A DNA stretch of 64,000 bases from Podarcis tiliguerta (taxonomy: Eukaryota), in assembly GCA_965153285.1 (NCBI GenBank), contig OZ229115.1. The stretch is one strand, 5' to 3'. The translations under genes were made by a program, and so were the position numbers. This document shows, one piece after another, positions 14,600 through 27,035 of this stretch; position 1 is the first letter of the stretch; the number at the start of each line of letters is the position of its first letter. Below the pieces are notes generated by a model. That model was not told the origin of the DNA. It did not search any database and saw nothing but the letters and a program-made list of their open reading frames with translations.

Positions 14600-15066
14600 A
14601 TTTATTATATTTATATACCACCTTTATATTCAAAGGATATCAAGGTGGTGTACATGGTTCTCCTCCTCCCCATTTCATCCTCACAACAACCCTGTGAGGT
14701 AGGCTAGGCTAAGAGATGGTGGCTGACCCAAGGTCACCTAGCGAGCTTCATGGCTGACGGGGGATTCAAACCTTGCTCTCTTTCTCCCAGGTCCTAGTCC
14801 AACATTCTAACCCATTCCCTCATTGCGAGAAGCAAAGCTACAGGGAACCAGGCAGAGGGCCTTCTCGGTAGTGGCGCCCGCCCTGTGGAACGCCCTTCCA
14901 GCAGATGTCAAAGAGATAAACAACTACCTGACATTCAGAAGACACTTGAAGGCAGCCCTGTTCAGGGAAGTTTTTAATGTGTGACATCTTAGTGTATTTT
15001 TGGTCTTTGTGGAAGCCGCCCAGAGTGGCTGGGGAAACCCAGCCAGATGGGCGGGGTACAAATAAT

Positions 15067-15109
<43 letters not shown>

Positions 15110-15124
15110 GCCACACTGGCTCTC
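14600..15124 (-). mobile_element. CORE/MIR-like SINE interrupted by a LINE insertion (SINE parts about 14600-14811 and 15108-15124)
   Basis: catcctcacaacaaccctgtgaggtagg...cccaaggtcac...gggattcaaacc...ctaacc, resuming as atgccacactggctctc after the insert. Confidence 0.75.
14812..15109 (+). mobile_element. 5'-truncated young L2 LINE 3' end with (ATT)n tail
   Basis: Intact frame 14841-14984, QGTRQRAFSVVAPALWNALPADVKEINNYLTFRRHLKAALFREVFNV*, has the L2 ORF2 C-terminal RAFS..AP.LWN.LP motif. A short 3'UTR and (TAT)n at 15068-15109 follow. Confidence 0.85.
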
Positions 15125-15264
15125 TTAATATGACTAATCAACCATTCAGTAAATCAAAGGTCTCAGGGACCAGTGTGGAACAACTTAAAAAGTCCCACTT
15201 GAATAAGTACATCTTAAGTAACAAGTGAAACTGAAATAAAAATGATACCTGACACACCTACAGA

Positions 15265-15500
15265 GATAGGGAGTTCCATAAAGAGGGTGCCACAGCAGAG
15301 AAGGCCCTAGCTTGGGACACTGCTCCTCAGACTTAGCCTATAGGCAGCAACACAAGAAGCCCTTGGCCAGTGATCTGAATTGTCAAGCTGGCACATACCA
15401 GGCGAGGTAGTCGGTCAGGTACTTGAGCCCCAAGCCATTATTGTCAGCATCAATACTTTGAAGTCAGCTCAGTACCTAAAAGGCACACAGTGCAGATTCT
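15265..15500 (-). mobile_element. Old L2 fragment, reverse orientation (approximate limits)
   Basis: gggagttccata...gggtgccacagcagagaaggccct is the reverse complement of an RAFSAVAP.LWNSL-coding segment. Confidence 0.6.
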
Positions 15501-17064
15501 GGGGAATATGACTTATTTAGCATGCCATTGAACTGAGCAGTGGTGTTGTTATTACCCTCTGGCCCCATTTACTACAGGCAAGGCCCAAAAGTTGTCCATG
15601 AGGGAATGTAACCATTGGGCAGAAAATTATTTCCCACTCCTGTCTTATGGCTTCCCATTTTTCATCTAGGAACATTAAAATTGCCTCCTTGTTGAGTCAA
15701 CCTGTCCATTATATTTTTGTCCAGAATATGACCAGAATTGAATGCTGCAGTAGAAAAGCACGAGACAATTATAATGCGAGCCATTTCCTACCATCTAGAG
15801 AATTAGTTTAGGGGCACTTAAAAGACTAAGGGTGTATTTCCTATTAACAACCTCGTCTTCTTTTGATTTGCCAATTTGTTCTTTATTGGTGTTGGATTTT
15901 TTATATATTTTTTAAAATGCAATAAGCCTTTAGAAGTTTGGGCTTACTCAGATGATTTTTGTGTGTGTGAACAGTTATGCTTTAGGTATTTTTCAGGTAC
16001 CAAATATTTGTTTATGTTCTGCTCTTGTCTGTTGTTTCATGTGGTTAAATTCCCTAGAGATGATCCTCTTAAAAGCTTCTTATTTCCCTGAGAATGGAAC
16101 ATTTTAAAAATGTACCTTCGGTGTGTCCCTTCGGAGTGCCACATCACAGTCTGTTGGCGGGGCTGTCATTAGAAGCTGCTATGTATTTCTGTTGCTAGGA
16201 GTAACCTGAATTATTTGCCTTCCTCATGGTTGATGCTAAGTTGTTTTTGAAGTCCTTGTTTTATGGACCTCTCCTTTTGTTTCTTGGGTACTCTTGAGGT
16301 GTGCTTGGCTTTGGCAGGAACAGACCCTCACTTGTTCCCTCAAGTCCATAGTATATCACCTACGCATGCATTGCTTGCTTTACTACACTTCCCTGCCAAC
16401 ATGTGCTAATATTATTATTTTTTAAGAGTCACTGTTCACCCCTGCAAATTGTTCATAGAAATCTCTTAGTTCAGTTGTAGCCATGCCTGACCAGCACTGG
16501 ACCTCTTGCCACATAACCTGTAGTCATTCCTCTGGCCCTTGATCTGCTCTACTGCTCTTGATTGCCTGGCCTTAATTGAGCAACACCATCATGTCACCAG
16601 CTTAAGGCTATATATTCAGCAAACAGAAGGAGTGGAGTGTAATGTGTGTTGGCATCTTAGAAGCTTGAACCTCCCATTAACAAATGTTTTAGTTTCTCAA
16701 AATGTTATAAATTATCTCATTTATCTAGAGCATAATAACTTATTTTCTGTTAAAACATTCAGAGTGGTATACAAACGATCAAAACAAAACAAAACAAATG
16801 GTAAGTATAAAAAGCAACAGTAATAACATACCATTCTAATTAAACTAAAAATGCTCCGTAACAAAATATTCAGAAGCTTGTGGGAACACAGAAAGGCACT
16901 TAAGCTTGGCTGCAATCCTCAGAAGGTTGTTCTAAATCTTAGTGTGAGCACATGTAGATCTTCACTAAGTACCGTAGATTTTATTTAGAGAATAACTTCC
17001 CTAACTTGATATAAAGGAATATGAAGCTGAATATGGAGGGAAAGCATGTCATAAGGTCTTCATT

Positions 17065-17088
17065 TTCATTCATTCATTCATTCATTCA
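17065..17088. repeat. (TTCA)6 microsatellite
   Basis: Read directly from the sequence. Confidence 0.9.
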
Positions 17089-17440
17089 CCTGGAAAGTTA
17101 GCCCATCTAGGAGAAGGAAAACTCTGATCCTAAAGCCTTGCGGGATATCTTTGGGAGAAGAAAAGATGGAGTAAACCCTTCACAAATCTAGAGTGGAGTT
17201 CCTAAGATGGTTGGATGGTGCCTTGTATGCCTCCTTCTGGCAACTCGTGTAGCCAAGCTGGTGTCAAATGTTTTGCTTCTTTCCTTTGGATCACATCAGT
17301 GAGGCCAAAAGGGGAATTTATTGTTTGGGCAGCAGCCTCCATAAACACTGCTCAGACTTGCGCCCTGGGAAGGTCACTTTTGTGCTGCTAATGCAGCCGT
17401 TTGTCATTACCCCCAGAGGAGCTCTCTCTCGACAGATGGA
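17089..17440. mobile_element. Probable interspersed repeat fragment, possibly RTE-related (unclassified)
   Basis: ctaggagaaggaaaactctgatcctaaa resembles squamate RTE-type repeats from memory only. The segment is bounded by simple repeats. Confidence 0.35.
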
Positions 17441-20400
17441 TACCAATAACAACAATATATTTTGAGTGAATATGTTGATAATGATAAATATTCTGTGCAA
17501 TTTCTTTAAAAATATTCCGCACAAGTATGGAATCAATATGGTATATAGCACAAAACTTGGAAGCCTGCAAATGTGTAGGCAGTGTTTGAGGGGAGCATTT
17601 TGACAGTTGTGTGACAAGCAGAAAGGAAACAGTACAGCTTTTCCTGACATGGTGTGAAGAGATAGGGAAATGGCACCTGGCAAATGCCTCTTATGCTGCT
17701 TTTAAATGCCTAGTTTTATCGCACTCCTATCTCCCCTAACTCTCAGTCTGTTATCCACACCCCGTGTTCTTTTCCTACTGTCCTCTGTCACGGCAAAGTG
17801 GCACTATCCATTGTCATTTATCAACCCTTTCCATATTAGGCCTTCTCAGGTCCGTAGTACCCTCACTTATCTTTTTGGAGTAATTAAAAATGAATGCAAG
17901 TGGAACTTAAAAAAAAAAAAAAAAGTAATTTGGCCTTTGGCCTTTAAGTCCTACTAAGCATGTGACGACTACAGCACAGATCCTTTTAGAAAGGTAAGTG
18001 GTCTTCGCACAAACTGATAAATGTGGTTTTTTTCCAGACTAATGAGGAAAACCACCCAGGGGAAAAATACTTGGCTAAAAAATTCAGACATGAAAGTTAT
18101 TTGTTTAAATTTTTGAGATAGTCAGGCATTTTCTTGAGTCCACCTCATACCTTCCTCCTTGGGTTTTTAGTTCTTAATTTATTTCTCTTGCATCTTGATA
18201 GCTTAAATACTCAAAATAATGACCATTTTCCTTATTCTGATTTGCATCATTCCTGCCAATATAAAGATGAGCTGATTGCTATGGTATGATTGACCCGTTA
18301 TTTGTGAGAGCCTGAAGTATATTCACAGTGTGCCTACTGGTCTGTCATTGTTTTTTCATGTAATTACTTTGGGTTGTGTCTGGTGCTAGCCCTACTCAGT
18401 GTATACTCATTAAAACTAATGAACATGACTCCCTTAGGTTCATTCATTTCAATGAGTCTGCACTCATGTCCATAAACAGTTTCTACACTATAGTATGATA
18501 GGTATTTTGGAACTACAAAAATGTGGGATTGTTTATTAATCAAGCATCCTATAGGACAGAATATATAACTAACCTTCAGAGTCCAGAATGAACCTGGACT
18601 TTGTATAATATTACCAGCTGTGAATATTCAGAAATTTTCTCTTATTCCTAATCAGAAAAATGTCCAAAGAGCTCATTTGGGATTGCATTATTTATCTTGG
18701 GGAATCTGAAACTGATTTTTAAAATCTGAATAAATTTGTTGCATACTACTAAAATTACTATTACTAGATACTAACACCCACGAGGAATAATGAGGAGCTT
18801 GGGGGGGGGGGAGAGTAAAAAAATCCCCTCCCACTTCATGGTGCTTAAGTTTTCATGTTCAGAACACCCTTGAGTTAGCCACAAACCTCCCCTTCTTTTT
18901 GAACTTCTTGTTTAAAACGAAGCCTAGAGATGTGTACCTCACCCTATTTCTTTCCCCATCCAGTTCACCCAATTCTAATTAAACCTCCAATGCATGCTCA
19001 TGTACACACCCATTCACACACCAGTTTGTGCTACAAAAGGGGCTACGAAACCCTAACAATTTAAAGCAGCATTGTGGAACATCTTGGGTGTGCCTGCAGA
19101 ATAAGTCCACTGGCCTTTCCTCAGGCCCGCTCTCCCCCCCCCCAGCCCCCTGTCAGCTGGACAGTACAGCGGAAGAAAAGCAAGCTGCCCATGGAGGAAA
19201 AGATCACACTCCATGGGCAATTGGCAACATTTCTGCACTGCATGTTGAGAAATTTTTAAACCCCTGAAGATGTATCCAATGTGTAAGGAAGGGTTATGGG
19301 TTGTCGGTCCACGTTTTCTTAGAGGTGTGGAGTCTTTATTGGTTAAGCAGAGAACTCTTTTCCTCTTAGCACAAAAAGAAACTGAGAAAGTGTGAAAAAT
19401 GCCCATAAATATGTTTGCAGTTTTCTTTAACATTTTTGAAAGAAGATTGTGATAAATGTGCTTACATAAATGGGATTTTTGTGGAGGAGGGAATTCACAG
19501 GTGCCCATTTGTAATGACCTGCAAGGCTTTTGTACCTGGGTCAAAACAGTCTAACAGGCGTCTGTCACATCATGGTGCTTGCTCTTGACTAATGTTCTCT
19601 ATTAATGAAAATGAAGAAACACAATTGGCAGATCATTCAGGTATGGGTAAGAACTGTCACTCAGATTGAAAATAATTGCATCCACAGTAGAGATCGCAAT
19701 CATAGTTTCCAGAAGTCTTTGTTTAAAAACAGAAATGTGTTTCTTTCCTTACTGCCAAAGAACAACACCACCAAGAGCAAGAGTTCTCTGGCCTCCTCCT
19801 AATTTCACCTTTCAGAATCCAGGTTCAGATGTATGGATGCAATAGCAAATTAATTTAAAGAGAATATGATTCCATCCCAGTCTTTTGATTTCCAGTTGAA
19901 CCATACAACTGTTTATGTGGCAGCAATATGGTAAACCCATTACCACTTGATCAATTTTGTGCTGCAACTAGTCTTGCGGGTGCTTTGGCACATGGGTGTA
20001 GAATTGAATCCAGTTTGTGGGCCTGACCTTTACCTCCCCTTCCATTCCAGATCAAGTTTAAGAGGTGGGTGTGGCTCACGTCTCCTGTCTTCTTGTAATG
20101 ACTTCACTAAGCTAGCCAGGACAATTTGTATGCCTGTCCCACACCAGATGTCCTTATCTGACATCAGGTGTACAGCAGATGGGCATAGCTTGGCCAAATC
20201 AACCTAGCGGGTCAAATGGAGAGGCCTGGTGGGCCTATTGAAGCCTGTGGACTGGAGGTTCCCCCACTGCTGCTTTAGTAGGTCCTCATTACATGTTGAG
20301 TTCCTTATGTTCCAGCTCAAGTCTTCTTCTTTCTGAGCTTTCCAACAGGTGGTATGAGAGATGTCAGTGAACTCACAAAGCTAATCACTGCCAGAAATTA

Positions 20401-22675
20401 GGAAAGACCACTTGAGGCACTTTCACTTCATCTCCAACATCTTGTTTAAAATGTTCACATGAAACATCCCTTAGTCATGAACAGCAGTATTGTAGAAAGA
20501 GCTTAATTTGGTGGTGGGGGGCATGTGTAATGCTTATTTTGCATCGCTTTGTCCTGCTTAGCTGTCACTGCCATGAGTAAGTCCTGATAACATGTATTTT
20601 CTCTACTGCAGCTTGAAATGGCAACATTAGACTGCGTTAATTCACTGGGTCTTTGCTTCGTGTATTCTCACATACAAACTGGGAAAGACTGCAAAAGGCT
20701 TAGAGATTAAATTTGATCACTTGGAGGGTTTGGCCTCCCTGGATTAACCACCTATTTTATATTGCAGGCAGCAAAGGTGCAGCTGTAATTCAGGCACACT
20801 TGGCTAGTTCCAAAAGACTGTTTTTGTTTGCTATTCTTTGTGTATGCCTTTGCAAGCTAAGCTGTGTCTCGTGATACTCTTGTATATCCCTGCTTTTGTT
20901 TAATTTTGTACTGTAGAGGAGTGTGTGTTGTGGTTGTATTGGTGCTGCTGTTTCTTGTTTTTGAATGCTAGCTCTGGTGTCTTTCCAGTTAAGCTCTGTG
21001 TACCTTTTGTCTTTGAAAATCAATGGAGAGCAAATAAAAAAGAACTAGTTTTCAGTAGTACCTTTTGCACAAAAACCCTTTTATGTTTGCTAGTGAAGAG
21101 GCAGTTTCTCGGGATGCCAGACTTTGCATACAAGAAATGGCTTGGGCTCTTATTAAGCTTCAGTTGCCTTTTTTTTTTTTTTTGTATTTCTTTTGAAAAT
21201 TATAGATACCCACCATAGCCCCTTAACTCTGCGAAGTCAGAAACCAGATTCATTTCAATGTTCTCTCATGCTATAGAATATGGAAAAAGTAGTATCTGCA
21301 AAGTGGATTTTTGACAAGGACGCCTGATAAAATGTGAATATTTTATTTGCACAATTTTGCATTGCCCTGTAAATAGGTTGACCATTCAGAGATAAGCAGA
21401 ATAGAGGAGAAGGCTGGAGGGACTAAAATGTTATGCAAATCATGAATATGCAGATTGGACATAGGAAGTTAACATGAAGGACAGAAGTATAAGACACTTA
21501 GACTTTGTTCATACAACACTTTAAACCGTACTTCAACTAAATGTTGCTTTAAATGTGAACACGCAGCATGTGCTGGCGCATGCTGCTAAAATCACAGACC
21601 ATTTGCTCTTCTTCTACCCACCATGTGGGAAGGAAGAGTAGAATGCTTGACTGTGTAGTCTATAAAAGCACAGGTTTGTCTTAATCCAGTAGGAAGGAAT
21701 GATTTCCGTAGCTCAAATATCCAGATAAGAACACCAGCTGATGTGGGACTGGCTGGTAAGAAGAGATCTAACACTCTAGTTTTGCTTAAGTATCTGCAAA
21801 CAAAAGGATGACATGAGAATAAATGAGGTTCTAGTATTTTAAGAAGCTTTTAAATGGTGGTCTGACTTTTCTCATATATTTGTCTGTCTTGCTTGCAACT
21901 CATGTTTAGCAGAGAACAGTACATCTTGCCTAAGATGTGAGGAAATGTGCTGAGCTTAGGAGATATTTGCTGAAGTGCTGCTCTGGAGCATTTGGGGGTT
22001 TTCTGTACAGGCCTCATAATGGCCTCAGCCACACTTACCTGTAAGGGTAGTACAGCTACTGCAGATAGAATTACCTTTTTCTCTCACTGCTGAATTTTCT
22101 TTTTTCAAACTGTTCATCATAGTGATACTTTCATCTTATAATAGAGCAGTAAGCCACGGCAGGGTGTACATTGCTCATTTTCTGCACGCCTCAGGTATCT
22201 TCAATTGCCTGGGAGAGTTTCTGGCAGCTTCTTAATGTGCACCCTGGCATGGATTGGTGCAATTGCTTTGGCTTGTTAATTTTACATTCATTTGTTCATC
22301 ATAGTCATTTAATAATCATATGTGCCTTTGGAAGATCAGGACAACATGGGGGAAATTCAGTGAAAACTGAAATGAAAAATACTTGTCAGAGATTTGAGCT
22401 GCCTCTTCACTATTTTTGCTATGTTTATTGCTTGAGAGTCATATATACAGTCATATATTGTTTGAATGGGTGACCTGCTGTGGAATCATGGACTCACCCC
22501 AATCTACATAGATGTACAATTGCATGATCAAGCCTAGGAAAATAGGTTTGCCAGAGGAGTCACCTGTGCACAGCCCTGATTGGCTGGTGCTTGCAATATT
22601 GCAAACCAATTTCCTGTTTTGGAATTTTGTCCCATTGCTACCTGGTAACATGATTCTCTTTCTATTGTGTTTCAG

Positions 22676-22864
22676 AGAACCAGATCCCATCTGGCTTTCC
22701 AACCATTGACATGGGTCCACAGCTCAAGGTAGTAGAGAAGGCCCGCACTGCTACAATGCTCTGTGCTGCCAGCGGTAACCCTGACCCTGAAATATCCTGG
22801 TTCAAAGACTTTCTTCCTGTGGACACAGCAACTAGCAATGGCAGAATCAAACAGCTCCGTTCAG
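22676..22864 (+). CDS. PTPRF: PTPRF coding exon, N-terminal part of Ig2 (189 nt, phase 1-1)
   Basis: Boundaries tgtgtttcag|AGAACCAG...CGTTCAG|gtaaaa. Translates (E)[62 protein letters not shown]. Confidence 0.97.
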
Positions 22865-24659
22865 GTAAAACAATAAAGTCTTCTCATTTCCTGACCCGAC
22901 TCCACCCCAAATCTTTCTCTACAGGAAGCAACTGTGGTATTTTGTACCTAGATTGTGGGGTTCACTTTTTCACCCAACTTCTGCCATGTTTAAAACATTG
23001 TGTGATATGAAGAAAGGTTTGGGATTTGGGTGAGAGAGTAGATTTCAATAGTTAGGATATTTGTCCTTGTTAACTGAAGAAGCAGAGCCTTTTGAATATG
23101 CTTTCTTGTGTCCCATGAGCAAAGGAGATTTCTTATCCATGACCCGGTAGCATATTGGATCAGAAATATATCACTCCAATTCCAATATAGGTTCCTGTTT
23201 CAGGATAGTAAAACACATGCCACTAGTTGTTCCACTTAGACCAACAGTCTGACAAAAAACATTTTGATTCATGAATAGTTACTCAGTTGGGCCAAAGACA
23301 GAAGCTCTTAGCCAGTTTCCAAAATGTGGAAAATCTGGATTTCTAAAATGCACAGGACATTCTTGAACAGAAATCTTCCCTGCTGCAGAAATTTTCCCCA
23401 TTAAATGAGAAAATTATAAGAATGAAGGTTGGGGAATGATGGGAGGTAGCCTACTCACCCAGCTGCCTCCCTCATGAATTTATGTTAGCCTAATGGCAAC
23501 TCTGAAGAGGGCTGCTTAAAACATTTCAGTGGCTTCATACGTTCTAAAATTCTGCCTCTTTTGGTAACAGGGAAACTCTTCATATAGCCATGGTGCCAGA
23601 GCACAGTGTGGTTAGGAAGTGAGGATAGTCCTTTTGAGGGAGAGAGAGAGAGATTGTGATTGGGATATCTGCCCCATTCTAATGAGCATGCATGCCCATT
23701 AGCTGGCCTCTGATAACTACTTGTATGCAAAACTACTACCCCCTGCAAGCAATGTAACTCATGTGTGGTAGTGGTCGTGGCTCTTAAATTGATATATATC
23801 AGATTCTGCAGAAATGAGTTTATAATTAGCTCCTTGCTGACACCTGTGAGACCTCAGTCTTGCAGTAGGCTCCCCCGCATATAGAGCAGTGAGCACTAAT
23901 TACACTGATAAATTTACAGTTTATATAATTTCACAGTGACCTTTAGCGTAATCTCAATATGTTTGTGCTGAAAGAAAATATCACCCTCGTTAATTTAACT
24001 TGAAAGGCACTAAGCAGGCAGCATTAGGGAAGTGCATCCATGGATACTTGCTCTTCATACTTACTAAATCAGCATCCTCATCTAGGAGGATTGCAGATGA
24101 GCTGGGCAACCCTTAGGCACATGCTGGGCTCTCAACAACATTCACATCATGTGCACTCGCCTGCTGCTGAGCAAGCTTCAGGGAGGAAAAACCTGAGTTT
24201 AAAAACAAAACGTGTTCAACACTACCATCACGTCCAAAGTTTATTTTGTTTTTCTTCATTGCAAGCAGTGTCTCAACTGAATTTCACCAGGGATTCGGAG
24301 TCCCCAGTTGTAGAAGACACTTGAATTTCCGGGAGGAGGGTAGAAATCGATGAGTAGCATATCTGCAGGCCTGAGAGAAAATTGATTAAGCTGTATGGAA
24401 GTAAATGAGGTTTATAGACTTGCATATAACGTGCTCGAAAAAGAGGTTTAAGGTCCTTATTGGTAGAAACATTGGAAGAGCTCACAAAGCAACATTAGTA
24501 TATGCCGCTGATCCAAATTGCCTCTACTTAATGAAGCTTCCTTTCCAGCAAGTGTGTAGAGGACTATTGTAATAAAATATTTCATTTTCATAATCAAAAG
24601 AGGGAACTTTATAAGTCTGCAGTTCATAGGGTTCTGAAACTGCATAGAACAGATAATGA

Positions 24660-24880
24660 CCCAATTCACATGTAGCACTAAGCCAAACAGAAGCTTAGCA
24701 TGGAGGAGTCAAACCACAAACTTATGTGCAGATGTAATGCTAAGCTAAATCGTGGTTAATGCCTGGGCCATTTAACAGCACCAGGGGGTGAATGCTGCAT
24801 TGCATCTTCATTCTGGGAACCTGCATGTTTGCTTTCTCATGCCAAGTTATGGTTTGGGTTTGCACTGCATGTGAACTGGG
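24660..24880. mobile_element. Degenerate MITE-like element
   Basis: Left CCCAATTCACATGTAG pairs imperfectly with right CTGCATGTGAACTGGG. Internal aaacca/tggttt motifs recur and are also seen near 12655-13210 and 29010-29150. Confidence 0.5.
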
Positions 24881-25099
24881 CCATTCTATTGCTCAGCTGC
24901 TGAAGACTTGGGCCCTTCCAAACACTCTCTATTTCTGTGTAGTATTTTCCCAATGTTCAGACTGCAGTATATCTCTGAACAAATGCAGTTGTTTTCCCAC
25001 CAGAATCTATAAGATGTACTGTGCCATGTCGAATGGGATTGTCTGAGTGTCATGACCACCAGTTGGATAGGCCCTGTGACACCACTAGTCTGAGAAGCT

Positions 25100-27035
25100 G
25101 AGGCAAATAGTGTTGAAAGGAGTTGGATTTCTAGGCCCTATTGACGAATTAAAAAATGACAAGTCCCTGGGTCTGGGTGGCATCCACATGACAGCTCTTA
25201 AAGAATTCAAAATATCTAACTTCTCCCTAAGATTAGACTGCATATCTGAGAAATTGAAAGCAGCCAATGTAACACCAATTTTTAAACAGTGATTGGGGCG
25301 GGAGGAGGAATCCAGGAAGTTACAGTCCCTTTAGTCTGTTCTGGGAAAGCATTCTTAAAAAATAGAATTAGCAAGCATATTGAAGAGCAAGTATTGCTGA
25401 AGAAGAACTACCATAGCTTTTCCAAGAGTAAGTCCTGTCTCGGTGTCTCAATAACTTTTTAGCATGTAAATAGAGGTGACCCAGTAAGACATTGTGTACT
25501 CCAGCTTTCAAAAAGCCTTTGGCAGAGTACCACACCAAAGACTCCCAAGTAAGCTCAGCAGTCATGGAATAAGAGCAGAGGTCTCTTATGGATCAGGAAC
25601 TGTTTCAGAAACAGGGAACAGAAAGTTAGAATGGAGATCTCTTCCAATGGAGGAATGTTGGAAGTAGAATTTCTCAAGGATTGATGTTGGGGCCTTCTCC
25701 CTTTGACTTGCACAGAGTTAAGAGGGTGAGTTGTGAGGTGGCAAAGTTTGTTAATGATACCAAATCGTTCAGTGTGTTTAAAACAAAAATGGGATTGTAA
25801 GGTGCTCCAGAAGGATCTCTGCAAATTGGGTGAGTGTGCATAAAATGGCAAATAGAATTCAATGTAAGGAAGTGTTAAGTGATGCACACTGAGGCAAAAA
25901 AATCGTGAATTGGTGGTGACTCACTAGAAATGAGATTTTGGGGTCACAGCGGATAACTTGATGAAGTTGTCGACCCAGTGAGCAGCAACTGTGAAAAATG
26001 CAGATTCCATGCTAGGGATCATTAGGAAAGGAATTTAAAATAAAGCTGCTGATATCATAATGCTGTTATACAAATCTATGGTGCAACGGCATTTGGAATA
26101 ATGTGTACGCTTGTGGTTGACTCTCCTCAAAAAGGATATTGTGGAGTTCAAAAAGGTTCAGAAAGGGAAAGCCAAAATGATCAAGAGGTTTCAGCAACTC
26201 CCCCATGAGAAGTTTACAATACAAGTTGAGTGACAGGGACATGGTAGAGGTGTGTAAGATTATTCATAGTGTGGAGAAATTGGATAGGGAGACATTCTTC
26301 TCCCACTTTCATAACAATTTGGGCCCATCCAATGAAGCTAAATGTTGGAGGATTCAGGACAGACATATAAAAGAAAGTACTTCTTGACACAGGTATATAA
26401 TCAGCTGAAATAAAAATTAATTTATTATTAACTATGGCTATTTGCAGTTTAGTAGCGCTGCAGAGAGCTTGCTGGGGAGACCATGCATTGAAAAGGGACT
26501 CAAAAATAACTTAAACAAGGTTTTAATAACAAAAACAAAAACTCCTTATACACTTAATACATCAACAACAAACCAGACCCAACCACCAACCCATCCCCCA
26601 GGGTAATGAGGGAGCTAGGTGCTGCTCCTTATATACTATGCCCAAATGCTGACACAGCTTAATTAACACAACCTAGTAGCACCTGCTATGTTTCACAGCT
26701 GTAAGACTGGGTCTCGTTATTTGCCTTGGCCTTGGCCCTTAAAGACATACACAACTTCACATTTTAAAGTGACTATTCAACAATCTACACCACCAAAATG
26801 TAGTTGTAGTTACCGGTGTGGGTGGCTTTAAAAAGAGGATTAGGAATAAATTTATCAGTGGCTACTAGTGCATTGATATCTATGTCCTATCTCTGCTGTC
26901 AGAGGCAGTATTGAGGTTACTGGGAATCATCAGTGGAAAGGGTGCTCTTGCTCTCAGGTCTTGCTTCTGAACTTCCGATAGGCATCTGTTTGGCCACTGT
27001 AGACAGTTTCTGTGCCAGCAGGGTTCTTCTAATGT
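25100..27035 (+). mobile_element. Decayed CR1 LINE (RT region to 3'UTR), interrupted at about 26440-26780
   Basis: Degenerate CR1 ORF2 motifs in order: KS.G..GIH...LKE, ANVTPIFK, FQKAF..VPH, KF..DT (FADDT-like), LQKDL, KWQ.EFNV, LYKSMV..HLE. Many stops and frameshifts. Confidence 0.85.

Noticed and set aside
20800-21060. UG-rich tract with several AG acceptors and AATAAA at about 21033 as an alternative terminal exon
   Set aside because: Multiple weak, competing AGs, no long AG-free zone, and the AATAAA sits in an A-run. Insufficient support.
1-22600. Numerous 60-160 aa ORFs in the first 22 kb
   Set aside because: No recognisable domains, many non-ATG starts, low-complexity composition. No Ig1-like PTPRF peptide was found, consistent with intron.
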